Shown here in pieces: positions 23,552 to 37,900 of a DNA stretch of 64,000 nt. The stretch spans positions 87,935,921 through 87,999,920 of the forward strand of contig NC_092383.1 in assembly GCF_030028105.1 (NCBI RefSeq), written 5' to 3'. The notes under the pieces are model-generated. The model searched no databases. It had not been told where the DNA came from and saw only the letters and a list, made by a program, of their open reading frames with translations. Made by a program: the position numbers and the translations under genes. The stretch is from Mobula birostris (lineage: Eukaryota). Position 1 is the stretch's first letter, and every line of letters starts with the position of its first letter.

Positions 23552-25444
23552 GTACGAATCAACCTAAAATTTCTGTGATTTAGTGCTTACGAACATGCAA
23601 ATTTTCAGTCTTTACAGACTTTCTACTCCATAGAGGGATGCCACTTTGGAACAGAGATGAGGAGGAGTTTCTTTAGCTAGTTGGAATACTTTGTCTCGGA
23701 TGACTGTGGAGACCAAATCACTGGGTATATTTAAAGTGGAGGTTCTTGGTTGTCAAAGGTAATGGGGAGAAAGCAGGAGTATGGTGTTGGGAAGGGTAAT
23801 AATCGTGATAGCATGTTGGAGAAGACTTGATGGGCCAAATGGTGTAATTGTGTACCTATAATCTCACTGTCTTATACTTCCTCCATTCTATTTCTACCCA
23901 CCTTCCTTCTCCTCATATTCCTCGGTTTTCCCTATTTTGTGTCCAGACTGCTCACCACTTTTTGGTTGAATTCTATCTTCTTCCTCATCTTCACACACAA
24001 AATGCTGAAGGAACTCAGCAGGTCAGGCAGCAGCTGTGGACAGGAAGAAAGTGTCAACTTTTCCAGCCAAGTTGCTTCATTGGGACTGGTGAAGGGTATT
24101 AGCATGAAACATGAACTGTTTATTTCCCTCCAGAGAGGGATCCACTGAGATCCTCCAGTTTGTGTTCATTACTAATTATTTCCAGCATCTGCAGAATCTT
24201 TTTTGTCTTCTTATTGATCTTTGCTTATGAAATTCCATACTGATTATTTCACTTGCTTCTAGACTCTTGAGATTGATATTGGTTTATTATCGGTATTGGT
24301 ATTGCCATGTGTGCCGAGAGACAGTGAAAAACATAGTTTATGCACGATCCAGGCAGATCATTCCAAACATAAGCACATCAAGGCTGTAAAAGAAATCAGA
24401 ACATAGTATTAGTCACAAAGAAAATGTAGTCAAGACAAATTACAAGGGCCATGATGAGGTAGATTGAGAGATCAAGTGTTCATCATTTAGTGTACAGGAG
24501 GTCTGCTCAAGGGTTTGATAATAGCAGAATAAAAACTGTCCTTGAGCCTGGTAGTACATGCTCAGAACCTGTTACATCTTCTGCCTGATGGGAGAGGAGA
24601 GAAGCGAGAATGACCAGGGATGGAAGGGTCAGAGATTATGTTGGCCGCTTCGTGTCTGAAGGGCCTGTACTGTGCTGTACTGTTTGATGGTCTATGTTCG
24701 ATGAACTTCATCAGTTGGGAGCAGCACAATGGTGCGACTCGTCAGCTGTGAACTCACAGCTCCATCAACCTGGATTTAATCCTGATCTCTGGTGCTTTCT
24801 GTGTGGAGCTTTCCTTGCCTTTGCCTTATTTCCTTCAATTGGTCCGGTTTCCTCCTGCATCCCAAAGCCTTAGGGGAAGGTGGAAGTTTAACTGGCCATT
24901 GTAAAATTCCCCTTGTAAGAATTTAGAATGAATTGATGGAAAAGAGAGGGTGAATTAAATAGGACCTGACTGCATGCTGAAGGGTCTGTCTCCGTATTGT
25001 ATCACTCCTTGCTTCTTGATCTAGGTAAGTTGACTTAAGGAGCTAAGAAGCAGAAATAATAAGCGATTCAGAGTTTCACACCTGCTCCAGCACAAAATAA
25101 TATTGCTGTTGATGTTGCGCGTTTCTGACCTGCTTTATGTGCTGCTTGTTTGCTTGTTGTGTCCTGTGTTGTTCTGCTGAACATTGGGGGTGTCATGTAC
25201 TGGAGCCAGAATGTGTGGCAACACTTGTGGGCTGGCTCTCAGCACATCCTGCAGGGTGCTGCTTGTTAATGAAAACGATGCATTTCACTGTCTGTTTCGA
25301 TGCACAGCACATGCAGTAAATAGATCTGAATGTTCTGCTGCTCCACCACAATGCCAACCTATAGGTTGACAAAGATTAAAGTTATTTTGTGCTGTAATTG
25401 ATTATCAATTGGTTTAACGTGTTTATTTTAACATCTCACCCCAG

Positions 25445-25475
25445 AAACACCAGAAGATTTTAAAGACAACAAAAG
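25445..25475 (+). CDS. Short stalk exon (E)TPEDFKDNK(R/S)
   Basis: Acceptor ATCTCACCCCAG|, donor AAAG|GTGAGA; 31 nt, phase 1 to 2, bridging V2 to the phase-2 TM exons. Confidence 0.75.
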
Positions 25476-25959
25476 GTGAGATTTCAACTGTCATCTTCAA
25501 ATTAATAACTATTGACTGATTAAGATCAGTTTGATAATTCTGCTGTAATGCAAGTGTCTCTAATCGGCATCATACATTTCATTTAATTTGATTAACATAA
25601 AGGTTAGAGGAAAATAATATGTCAGTTGGGGATATCATAGTATCAGAGATTAATATGGCATGGAAACCTGCCCTTCAACTCAAATATCCCGTGCAGACTA
25701 AGATTGCTGTCTTAGCTCACCATCACAGTTATGCCACAGGACGTCAGGTGTTGGGAGCAGCACAATGGGGCAGCTGGGACGGTTGTGGACGCACAGCTCC
25801 ACCAACCTGGATCTACTCCTGATCTCCGCTGCTTTCTGTGTGGAGTCTTCCTTGTCTTCACCTGATGTGCTCCGGTTGCTTCCCACATCCCGAAGACCTA
25901 CGAGTTGGTGGAAGGCTGATTGGCTCTTGTAGATTTCCCCTTGTCTGAGGATGCTTATC

Positions 25960-27200
25960 CCCTGCTCTACTCACTTTATAATTATGAGAGCATGGCTAAG
26001 TAAGGCTCTGCTACCATTTATAAGCTTACAAACCTCACAACTGGTTGTTGGCCAGATCAGTAGTGATGACGAATTGGCTTATAGAAGGGTGACTGAAAAT
26101 CTGGTTGAGTGGTGCCAGGGCAACAATCTCTCACTCAACCTCAGGAAACCAAAGAGCTGATTATCAGCAGCAGCAGGAAGAAGCCAAAAGTCTGTGAGTA
26201 CTTTCAGTTGCAGATATGATGGACAAATGGCAGATGGAGTTTAACCCGGACAACTGTGAAATGTTGCACCTTGTTGGTCAAATGTAAAGGAGAGGAGTGC
26301 AGTAGCGATAGGGAATTCCATCGTCAGAGGAGCACACAGGATGTTCCGCAGACATAAAAAAGTCACCCAGATGGATTGTGCCTCCCAGTGCCAGGGTCAG
26401 GGATGTCCTGGATCAGACCCACTATATTCTAAATGGGGAAGTTGTGGTACCAATGCAATAGGGAGGAAAGGGGAGGAGGTCCTGAAGAGAGAATATAGGG
26501 GGTTACTATGCCAGTTGGGAACTCAAGACATAAAAAAGACACCCAGATGGATTCTGCATTCCTGTTGCCAGGGTCCGGGATGCCTCAGATTGGGCCCACA
26601 ATATTCTAAATGGAGAGGGTGAGCCGCCAGAAGTTGTGGTACGTATCGGTACCAATGACATAGGGAGGAAAAGGGAGGAGGTCCTGTGGAGAGAATATAG
26701 GGGGTTAGGTAGACAGGTGAAAAGCATGACCTCCAGGGTAGTAATCTCTAGATTGCTGCCTGCGCCACAAGCCTGTTAGGGTAAGAATAGAAAGATTTGA
26801 CAGGTGAATGAGCGGCTCAGGAAGTGGTGCAGGAGGCAGGTTTATAGATTTGTTGGAACAGTGGGATTCCTCTGAGGAACGGTATGACCTGTACAGAAAG
26901 GATTGGTTTCACCCGAACTCAGCGGGGACTAATATCCTTGCAGGCATGTTTGCTACAACTGTTGGGAAGGATTTAATCTATCTTGCCAGTGGGAATGTGA
27001 ACTGGAATGATAGAGCTGAAGATGGGGCATTGGCTATACAAGTAGATGCAATGTGTAGTGAGATTTAAGGAAAAACAGACATAATGAGGGCAAAGTTGCA
27101 GTGACTCTGATGTGTTCAAGTATAACATGGGAACAAAATAGAAAAGGGTAATGAGTACAGGACCCTGAGTTGAATCCATAGTTGAAGATCATTAGGATGA
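25960..27200 (+). mobile_element. Rex1-like RT fragment (~25960-26190) followed by CR1 ORF1 esterase fragments with a ~180-bp tandem duplication (26341-26520 and 26540-26710)
   Basis: LVVGQISSDDELAYR..WCQGNNLSLN..K (ORF 25951-26160); two copies of CCCAGATGGATT..GAGAGAATATAGGGGGTTA. Confidence 0.7.
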
Positions 27201-27978
27201 AGGCCACACATGCAGGTAACATAAATGGAGTTCTGTTACTGAAACAAACCTTGAAACGTTTTGCTCGTCAATCATTTTATCAGCATTATGTCTCAAATGT
27301 TACCTTATTTATTTACTGGATTTAAGCATCAAGGACAAGGCCAGCATTTGGCACACAGCTCCTAATTTCCCATTCTGAATGAGGAGTTTGGAAGACTCAC
27401 TGGTGAATGTGTCTGGCTCCAACTGGTGATCACCCTCTCAGGCCTGGAAAACTTCAATGGCTGTAGCTCACGCAGAGAGCAATCTCCCACAATAATGAAA
27501 TGTTGGGCATTCCCACCATTCTGATCTGGTGATAATGACTGAACAACACTGTGTGTCCTTCAAGGGATTTGGGAGTAGCTCTGTTGTCATGCATCTACTG
27601 CCCTTGTCCCTCTAGGCCACATGGATTATATAGGAACTGCAGATGAAAGAATGAAAATGCAAACTGAAATACTGATGAACATCTGTAACTTGAATCCAAT
27701 AGCATGGACTCCACTTGCAGATTTCTCTCCCCCTCTCTCCCCCCCCCCCCCACTGGTTTGGAGCATATAACATTAATTTCACACACTTTCACTGGCAGTG
27801 CGACGGTTCCAAGATGTGGACATAAGTTGGAGAATCAGCACTCAACCATCAGACTGCTCGATACTCCGTGCCACAACACTACATCACATTGAACGATGAT
27901 TTCATATGTAATGGCATTTCCCAGTGTCCGTTACAGAATTCTCTGTGCGTTGTTAATTAAATTTCCTTTGTCCATCAG

Positions 27979-28120
27979 TGACCATGAGCTGAAAATTCAC
28001 CGGGTATCGACTCTGATCCAATGGATACTCTTCAGCGGTCTGGCTCTTTCAACTGTTTCAATAAAATGCATTTCTCAATGTCACTTGCTGATAATATGCA
28101 TTTTGATAAATTGCATTTAA
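27979..28120 (+). CDS. Degenerate tandem duplicate of the TM exon (DHELKIHRVSTLIQWILFSGLALSTVSIKCISQCHLLIICILINCI*), possible alternative terminal exon or pseudo-exon
   Basis: Acceptor TTTCCTTTGTCCATCAG|T, phase 2; homologous to 28233-28340 at nucleotide and protein level; no matching donor, reads to TAA at 28118-28120. Confidence 0.5.
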
Positions 28121-28232
28121 TAATATGCATTTCTCAGTGTCACCGATAATGTACACCTAGATAAAATGTAGTTCTCAGTGTCATTTATTGACTATTTTGT
28201 GTGTAACTAATGATATCTTCTTGATCTGTTAG

Positions 28233-28340
28233 GAACTATGAGTTGATCATTCAAAAATTTTGGACTCTGACCCGTTGGATACTCCTTGGAGCTCTATTTC
28301 TTTGCACTGTTTTGATACATTGCATGACAGCTTTCCAAAG
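28233..28340 (+). CDS. Transmembrane exon A with Arg (NYELIIQKFWTLTRWILLGALFLCTVLIHCMTAFQ), activating type
   Basis: Acceptor CTTCTTGATCTGTTAG|G, donor AAAG|GTAGAT; 108 nt, phase 2-2, open in the phase set by the stalk exon. Not in the ORF track. Confidence 0.8.
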
Positions 28341-28599
28341 GTAGATTTTTTTTCCAATCTTTTCACTTCCATGCCGTGTGATTCACAATTAAAAGTGGAA
28401 GCTCAATTTTAGTCCAGGTTAATTCATTCAAAATCTCTCCTAAGTGTCTGTAACTGCAAACCAATGAGTTGAGTGAAATAACAGAGGAGAAACACATGGT
28501 TAAATGGCCAAAATATGGCTGAAAGTGCCATTCGAAGGACACAAATTAGATAATATACAATTTAAGTTAACATTCCCTTGCAACGACACTTCACATATT

Positions 28600-31500
28600 A
28601 TAAGACATAGGAGCAGAATTAGGACGTCTGGCCTATCGAGCCTGCTCAGCCGCTCAATCGTGGCTGATCAGTTTTTTCTCTCCTCCTCAAACCCAGTTCC
28701 CAACCTTCTCCCCGTAACCTTTGATGCTATGTCCAATCAAGAACCTATCAATCTCTGCCTTAAATACACCCAATGATCTGGCCTCCACAGCAGCATGTGA
28801 CAACAAATTCCACAAGTTCACCTCCATCCGGCTAGAGAAATATCTCCACATCTCTGTTTTGAAAGGGCACCCCTCTATCCTGAGGCTGTGCCCACTTCTC
28901 CTAGACTCTCCCACCATGGGAAACATCCTTCCCACACCTACTCTGTAGGCTTTTCAACATTCAAAAGGTTTCAATGAGATTCCCCCCTCATCCCTCTGAA
29001 TTCCAGCGAGTACAGACCCAGAGCCATCAAACGTTCCCCGTATGATAACCCTTTCATTCCTGGAAGCATCCTTGTGAACCTCCTCTGGACCCTCTCTAAT
29101 GCCAGCACATTTTTTCTCGGATGAGGGGACCAGACTGTTCATAAAACTCAAGGTGCTGCCTCACCAGCGCCTTGTAAAGCTTCAGCATCACATCCTTGCT
29201 TCTGTATTCTAGACTTCTTGAAATGAACGTTAACATGGCATTTGCCTTCCTCACCACCAATTAGACCTGCAAGTTAACCCTTAGAGTGTTCTGCACAAGG
29301 ACTCCCAAGTCCCTTTGCTTGCCAGATTTTTGGACTTTCTCTCCATTCAGAAAATGGTCCTTACATTTATTTCAACTACCAAAGTGCATGACCATGCATT
29401 TTCCAAACATTGTATTTCATTTGCCACTTCCTTGCCCATTCTCCTAATCTGTCTAAGTCCTTCTGCATCCTACCTGTTTCTTCAACGTTACCTGCCCCTC
29501 CACCAATCTTCATATCATCTGCAATATTCTCACCATGTTTGTAACTTTCCGGTAATACCATAGCTTCTTAACTTGGTAAGTAGCCTCATGTGTGGCACCC
29601 TGCCAAAGGCCTTCTGAAAGTCCAAACGTACAACATCCACTGCATCCCCTTTATCTATTCTACTTGTAACCTCATCAACGAATTCCAATGGGTTTGCTAG
29701 GCAAGATTTCCCTGAAGGAAACCATAAGACCATAAGATATAGGAGTAGAAATAGGCCATTCGGCCCATTGAGTCTGCTCTGCCATTCAATCATGGCCTGA
29801 TCGAATTCTTCCAGTCATCCCCACTCCCCTGCCTTCACCCCATACCCACTGATGCCCTGGCTAATCAGGAACCTATCTATCTCTGCCTTAAATGCACCCA
29901 ATGACTTGGACTCCACAGTCGCTCGTGGCAACAAATTCCATAGATTTATCCTCTGACTAAAGTAATTTCTCCGCATCTCTGTTCAAAGTGAACGTACTTC
30001 AATCCTGAAGTCGAGCCCGCTTGTCTTAGAATCCCCTACCATGGCAAATAACTTTGCCATATTTAATCTGTTCAGACCTTTTAACATTTGGAATGTTTCT
30101 GAGATCCCCCCCCTCATTTTCCTGAACTCCAGGGAATACAGCCCGAGAGCTGCCAGACATTGTTCACACAGTAACCCTTTCATTCCTGGAATCATTCTTG
30201 TGAATCTTCTCTGAACCCTCTCCAATGTCAGTATATCCTTTTTAAAATAAGGAGCCCAATACTCCAAGTGTGGTCTCATGAGTGCCCTATAGAACCTCAA
30301 CATCATGTCCCTGCTCTTATATTCTATACCTCTAGAAATGAATGCCAACATTGCAGTTTCCTTCTTCACAACTGATACAACCTGGAGCATAACCTTTACG
30401 GTATCCTGCACAAGAACTCCCAAGTCCCTTTGCATCTCTGCATTTTGAATTCTCTCCCCATCTCAATAATAGTCTGCCCGTTTACTTCTTCCACCAAAGT
30501 GCATGACCATACACTTTCCAACATTGTATTTCATTTGCCACTTCTTTGCCCATTCCCCTAAACTATCTAAGTCTCTCTGTTTCCCCAACACTACCCACTC
30601 CTCCACCTATCTTTGTATCATCAGCAAATTTAGGCACAAATCCATTAATCCCATAGTCCAACTCATTGACATACATCGTAAAAAGCAGCAGTCCCAACAA
30701 CCACCCCGTGGAACTCCACTGGTAACCGGCAGCCAGCCAGAATACGATCCCTTTATTCCCACTCTCTCTTTTCTGCCAACCACCCATGCTAGTAACTTCC
30801 CTGTAGCTCCATGGGCTCTTATCTTGCTAAGCAGCCTCATGTGCGGCACCTTGCCAAAGGCCTTCTGAAAATCCAAGTACACCACGTCTACCCTGTTTGT
30901 AATTTCCTCAAAGAATTACAGTAGGTTTGTCAAGCAGGATTTTCATTTCAGGAAACCATGCTGGCTTTGGCACATCTTGTCCTATTCCTCCAGGTACTCT
31001 GTAATCTCATCTCTAACAATTGATTCCAACAAGTTCCCAACCACTGATGTCAGGCTAACAGGTCTATAGTTTCCCTTCTGCTACCTCCCACCCTTATTAA
31101 ATAGCAAAGTAATATTTGCAATTTTCCAGTTAACCAGTACAATGCCAGAATCTATTGATTTTTGAAAGATCAATTGTATCAAAAGTACCAATTGTTTGGC
31201 AACAATAAGGTATAAAGTATCTCAAAATATCATCGTTAATGCCTCTGCAATCTCTCCAGCTACTTCCTTCAGAACCCATAGGTGCATTCCATCAGGTCCA
31301 GGAGATTTATCCACCTTCAGACCATTAAGGTTCCTAAGCACCTTCTCAATCGTAATTTTCATTGCACAAACTTCACTTCCCTGACACTCTTGAATGTCTG
31401 GTATATTGCAGAGGTCTTCCACTGTGAAGTCTGATGCAAAATGCTCATTCAGTTCCTCTGCCATCTCTACATCTCTCATTACAATATCTCCAGCATCATT

Positions 31501-33970
31501 TTGTATTGGTCCTATATCTACCCTCGACTCTTTTACCCTTTATATACTTGAAAAAGCTTTTAGTATCTTCTTTGATAATAGTTGCCAGCTTGCTTTCATA
31601 ATTCTCTCACTCTCTTGAGATCCATTACCAACCTGATTTTTCCTATCAACCTGCATGTTAAAATCTCCCATGATTACCATATCATTGCCCTATTGACTCA
31701 CCTTTTCTCTTTCCTGTTGTCAGCTGTGGTCCACCTCCCAGACACGGTTGGGAGGCCTAGATACAACTGCCATCAATGTCCTTTTACCCTTGCAGTTTCT
31801 CAACTCAACCCACAAGGATTCAACACTTTCGATCCTATGACTCATCTTTATACTGATTTGATGCCATTCTTTACCAGTAGAGCCACAAAACCCCCTCTTC
31901 CCATCTTCCTATCCCTCAGATATAACATTCATCCTTCACAACCATGAACCATCCTATATACAACCATCCTTCAGCCAAGATTCAGTGATGACTATAACAT
32001 CATAACTGGCAACCTTGGACATTCAGCTCCCAACTAGAGCCATCCTTCAGCCAAGATTCAGTGATGACCACAACATCATACCTGGCAATCTGTAATAGTG
32101 CAAGAAGATCATCAACCTTGCATAATTTCTCACTGCCATGCTGACTTTGTATTATTTCGTCCTGTGTCACCAAGTACTCCATCACATCATCCTTAACAAT
32201 TGACTCTAACATCTTCCCAACCACTGAGGTCAGGTTAACTGGTCTATAATTTCCTTTCAGACGCCTTCCTCCTTTCTTAAAGACTGGAGTAATGTTTGCA
32301 ATGTTCCTGTCCTGTGACACCATGCCAGAGTCCAATGATTTTTGAAAGATCTTTCCTAATGCCACCACAATCTCTAATGCTACCTCTTTCAGAACCCTCA
32401 GGTACAGTTCATCTGGTCTGGGTGACTTTCAATAGAATCTATTAAAAAAACTCCTGGATGGGTGCGTGGAGCTTAGAAAAATAGAGGGCTATAGGTAACC
32501 CAAGGTAATTTCTAAAGTCAGTACATCTTTGTCACAGCATTGTGGGCCGAAGGGCCTGTATTGTGCTGTAGGTTTTCTATGTTTCTATGTTTTCCATGAC
32601 TTATGTGGCTTTAGGTCCTTCAGCTTTTTGAGCACCTTCTCTCTTGTAATATGAACTGCACCCATTTCTCTTCCTTCACACACTACAACATCAGGCATAC
32701 CGCTAGTGACTTCCACAGTGAAGATTGGTGCAAAATACTTAGTTCATCAGCCATCTCCTTTTCCCCCTTAGTAGTTCTCCTGCCTCATTTTCTAGTGGCC
32801 CTATATCCACTCTTATTTCTCTTTTATTTTTAATATACTTGAAAAAACTTTTGCTATCCACTTTGATATTACTTCCTAGCTTGCATTCATCTTTCATCTT
32901 TACTCTTCTAATGAATTTTTAGTTGCTCTCTGTAGGGTTTTAAAATTTTCCCAATCCTCTATCTCCCCACTAATTTTTGTTTTGCTGTATGTCCTTTCTT
33001 TTGCTTTTACAATAGCTTTGACTTTCTTTGTCAGCCATGTTCTACTATTTTACCATTTGAGTATTTCTTCATTTTTGGAATATATATGTCCTGCTCCTTC
33101 CTCAGTTTTCCCTGAAGCGCACAACATTGCTTCTCTGCTGACATCTCTGCCAGCAGCTCCTTCCATTTACTTTGGCCAACTCCTCTCTCATACCACTGTA
33201 ATTTCCCTTACTCCACTGAAATACTGCTACATCAAATTTTACTTTCTCTCTATCAAATTTCAAGTTGAACTCAATCATATTGTGATCATTGGTTCCTAAG
33301 TGTTCTTTTACCTTCAGCTCTCTAATCACCTCCAGTTCATTACATAATATCCAATCCAGTATAGCTGATCCCCTAAGTAGGCTCAATGACAAACTGCTCT
33401 AAAAAGCTATCTCTTAGGCATTCAACAAATTCACTCTTGAGATCCATTACCAATCTGATTTTCCCAATCGACCTGCATGTTAAAATCTCCCATGACTACC
33501 ATAACATTGCCTTTTTAACTCACCTTTTCTACTTCCTGTTATAATCTGTGGTCCATCTCCCAGCCACTGTTGGGAGGCCTGTATGTAACTGCCATCACCA
33601 TCCTTCTACCCTTGCAGTTTCTTAACTCAACCAATGAGGATTCAACATCTTCCGATCCAATGTCACAGCTTTATACTGATTTAATGCCGTTCTTCACTAG
33701 TACAGCCATACGACCCCCTCGGCCTACTTTCCTAACCCTCTGATATAACGTGCAACCTTGGACATTCAGCTCCCAACTACAACCGTCCTTCAGCCAAGAT
33801 TCAGTGATGGCCACAACATCATAACTGGCAAACTGTAATAGAGCAACAAGATCATCAACCTTATTTCTTGTACTACGCACATTTAGATACAACACATTGA
33901 GTTCTGTATTTGCTATCCTTTCTGATTCTGTATCCCTAAGACAGATAGATACATCCGTTATTGATCCCAA
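28600..33970 (-). mobile_element. Stack of truncated CR1 fragments (several independent insertions; small plus-strand piece ~32430-32590)
   Basis: Repeated RT and APE motifs in ORFs 29530-29793, 29983-30435, 30607-30885, 32000-32368, 33102-33392 and 33671-33970. Confidence 0.88.
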
Positions 33971-34075
33971 AGGAAATTATAGTGTCATCATAGCATTACA
34001 AGTGCACAGATATACAAATATTAGAAGAGAAGTGAGAAAGTATGTTTAGCTTTCCAATGCCTCTTTAATTTCCAG

Positions 34076-34183
34076 GAACTTCAAGATGTACAAATCTCTT
34101 CACATGCACCAGGAACTTTGCAGTGCACACACATCTCCAGTTATACCCAGCGTAACTTCACCTGCTCTCGAACCTCTCCCTTA
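34076..34183 (+). CDS. Candidate phase-2 exon (RNFKMYKSLHMHQELCSAHTSPVIPSVTSPALEPLP*): tail of the TM-A isoform, or remnant of a mucin-like exon
   Basis: Strong acceptor CTCTTTAATTTCCAG|G in unique sequence; open 35 codons in phase 2; the phase-0 frame is also open, so the reading frame is uncertain. Confidence 0.4.
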
Positions 34184-34914
34184 GCCCGACAGTGTACAGG
34201 TGGCAGGGTTGCATAGCAGTTAGTGCAACGTTTTACATTAACAGCGATAATCGTGCAATCAATCGTGGATCAATTCCCACTGCTGTCTTTGAAGAGATTG
34301 TACATAATCCCAGTGACTGCATTGGTTTCTGTTGTGCATTTAATATTTCAGTAATATTGTAAATGAATTGTTTGACTAAGCCTTCTTGCTTTCTTTGAAT
34401 AATTAATTTAAAATAATTCATATTGTGGGTTATATGTAAAAGTACATTAATAGCATACTATACATCATCACATCACCGTGTCATACATGAGTGCCTTGCT
34501 CAGAGCAAAAACTAAGCTAAGACGTGTATTCCCAGCTCTGTGTTTCCTTTCAATTGGTTTTACGTTTTGGAATTACAAATCACAACAGTAGGTGACAAGG
34601 ACATTTTATAGAGCTCAAGATGTCAACCTACCTGGTGAAGTGCAGCAAGAGGCTCAAGTTAAGAAGAACCACGTGAGATATTTGAGTTTTTGAAAAGCAG
34701 CGCAGCACGTACGTCTTCCTAAAGGGACAGACGTGGTTGAGTCAAAAGAGGCAGAAAATGGGAAAATTCAAGGGTTTAAAAATAGTGAGTACTGAGTGAT
34801 AATAATCATAAGTTTTTTAAAGTGCAGAGACAACGAGCTATGCTGGAAAGATAGGCACATTCAATTGCAGAAGAAATAACTGCAATAAGTATACTGAGTG
34901 AATTGAAATACTCA

Positions 34915-37900
34915 TTTTTGTTTTTCATTTTTAAATCTTTTTTATTGATTATTATTGAAAATCAACAACAAAGAAAAATACATCAAGATAATGAAGACAA
35001 CATATCCATATGTAAAATAAGAGTTAAACTGTCAACCAAACTGAACAATCTATCAATAATAATAAAAAAAAATCAAAATGTTAAAGCTTTTTTTTGGAAA
35101 AAGGAAAGAAAGAAAAAAGAACCCCTACTAACTAAAACAAAAAAAAACCCTGATAACAAAAAAAAGGGAAGAAAACCCATATGGAGCACAAACCCGGAGC
35201 TATACGCCATACAGGCTTCCATAAAAAAAGACATCATTCTGCCAACCAATCCATGTTCCCGAGCATCAGAAAAGGACCATCTTAATTAACTCAAATCAAA
35301 TGATAATAACGGGCAAAAGACCCCCACCTTTTCTCGAAGTCAATTCTAGGATCGGAAGTTCGACTTCTAATTTTTTTCCAAACTAAGACATAACATCACC
35401 TGAGAGAACCAGTGTATCAAAGTGGGAGCAGAGGCATCTTTCCATTTTAATAAAATAGTCCTTCTAGCCAATAATGTGACAAATGCAATTACGTGTTGGT
35501 CTGATGTAGAAATACTATGAATATATTGAGGAATTATACCAAACAAAACTGTTAAGTTATTAGGTTGTAAATTGATTTTTAAAGCTTTAGAAATTGTAGA
35601 AAAAATAGATTTCCAAAACTGTTTCAATACGGAACACGACCAAAACATATGTGTCAATGTAGCTATCTCAGTTTTACATCTGTCACACTGACTGTTTACA
35701 TTAGGAAATGTTTTAGACAATCTATCCTTTGTCAAATAATAACGATGTACAATTTTAAATTGAATTAGAGAATGACTGGCACAAATCGAAGAAGAGTTGA
35801 CCAACTTCAAAATTCGCAACCAATCCTCTGTTATCAAGATCACGTTAAGCTCTCTTTCCCAATCTTGCTTAATCTTAAGTAAAGAATAGATATCCTGTTG
35901 TAATAGTAAATTATAAATTTTCCCAATAAAACCTTTCATTAAAGGGTTCATTTTAAAAATAATGTCTAACAGGTCAGAATCTTGTATATATGGAAAATTA
36001 CTTAAATATTCTTGTAAGAAATGTCTGACCTGAAGACATTACGAAAAATGTGAATATGAAAGAGAATATTTAGTTACTAATTTCTCAAAGGACATCAATC
36101 AGCCTTCTTGAAACAAATCCATGAAAGAAAAAATTCCTTTATTCCTCCAAAGAGAAAAGGTAGGATCACTAAGGGAAGGTTTAAGTAAATAGTTTCGATA
36201 AATTAAACTAAAAAGGTTAATTTTTTTTAAGATTAAAAAACTTACGAAACTGGTACCAGATTCGTAATGGCTGCTTAATCATAGGATTTATATTTAAAAT
36301 AGAAATTTTGGCTAATTGTACAGGTAAAGGAGCTCCTAATAATGAAGTTAAACAAAATTGTTTCACAATTTTCAATTCCAGCTCAACCCATGGTGGTCGT
36401 TCCTTTTTATCGGTCCAGTATAACCAAGAACACGCATAACGTATATTAACCACCCAATAATACATTCTTAAATTAGACAAAGTAAGACCTCCACCCTTTT
36501 TTAATTTTCATAAATGACATATTCCAATTCTTGGTCTTTTATTATTCCAAACAAAAGATGAAATAATAGTCAACCTGATCAAAAAACTTCTGAGTTAGAA
36601 AAATAGGGATATTTTGAAATACATATAAAAATTTTGGTAAAATCATCATTTTAACTGCATGAATTTGACCAACTAATGAAAGTGTAAGTGGATTCCATCT
36701 AGAAAAAAATTGCTTCATAAAATCCACTGAGGGAACTAAATTAGCTCCATAAAGGTCTCCATAATTTTTAGTGATGATAATACCTAAATATTTAAAAGAA
36801 ACCAGAACGTTAAAAGGAATCTCATCATATATAGAAGCAGAATCTTTTAAAGGAAATAATTCACTTTTATGCAGGTTTAATTTATATCCTGAAAACAATC
36901 CAAATTCATTGAATAATTTCAATAAACTAGGAATAGATTCTTCCGGATTCGAAACATAAACCAAAAGATCATCCGCATAAAGGGAAATCTTATGACTAGT
37001 CCCATTTATAGAAATTCCTTGAATATCTTTGGCTTCACGAAGTGCAATAGCCAAAGGTTCCAACATCAAATTAAATAACACAGGGCTCAACAGACATCCT
37101 TGTCTTGTACCCCGCGAAAGTCGGAAAAAGGGGGATCTACAGTTATTAGTAATAACAGTGGCAATAGGGCTTTTATATATCAATCTAATCCATTTATTAA
37201 AATTAGTACCAAAGCTAAGTTTCTCTAAAACTTTAAATAAATATTTCCATTCAACTCTATCAAATGCCACTTCAGCATCTAGAGAAACAACACACTGGGG
37301 AGTCTTAGACAAGGATGAGTATATAACATTTAACAGTCTCCGAGTGTTAGAAAAGGAATAATGGCCTTTTATAAAACCTGTTTGATCCTGAGAAATAATT
37401 TTAGCTAGTATATTCTCCATCCGATTAGCCATTATTTTGAAAGAATTTTAGTGTCCGCATTTAATAATGAAATAGGTCTATATGAAGCACAATCTGTAGG
37501 GTCTTTATCTTCCTTAAGAATTAAAGAGCTGTGTACATACATCTATTGATGCTTCTGGACACATCTTCAGTGATGTTCCTGGAATCATCGGGTGTTTCAG
37601 GTCTTTCAACATCATACAACCTCCTCCACGTGACCCAGCCGGGGCTGATCAGACCCCAGCTTGTGTCCAGATGGCTAGCTACTTATGACTCCATGGCTCC
37701 CCTCTTTTGAGCCACAGCCATCTTGAGGCCCTCTCTGCTGCATCGGTAGTACTGCGGATGGCTCTCCTCTTCCTCTCTCCCTCGATGCCCAAAATGCTGA
37801 AGGCTCTAACTAAAGAAGTTTCATAAAATGTGGAAGGTAACTCTCCCAGCAGAAAAGAAGCTTTAAGCATTTCCAACATATCAGGAGTAAGCAAATCTAC

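Noticed and set aside
28485-28503. Short tail RGETHG* after AATAACAG as the cytoplasmic exon of TM-A
   Set aside because: No polypyrimidine tract, and the implied intron is only ~144 nt; 34076 is the better acceptor.
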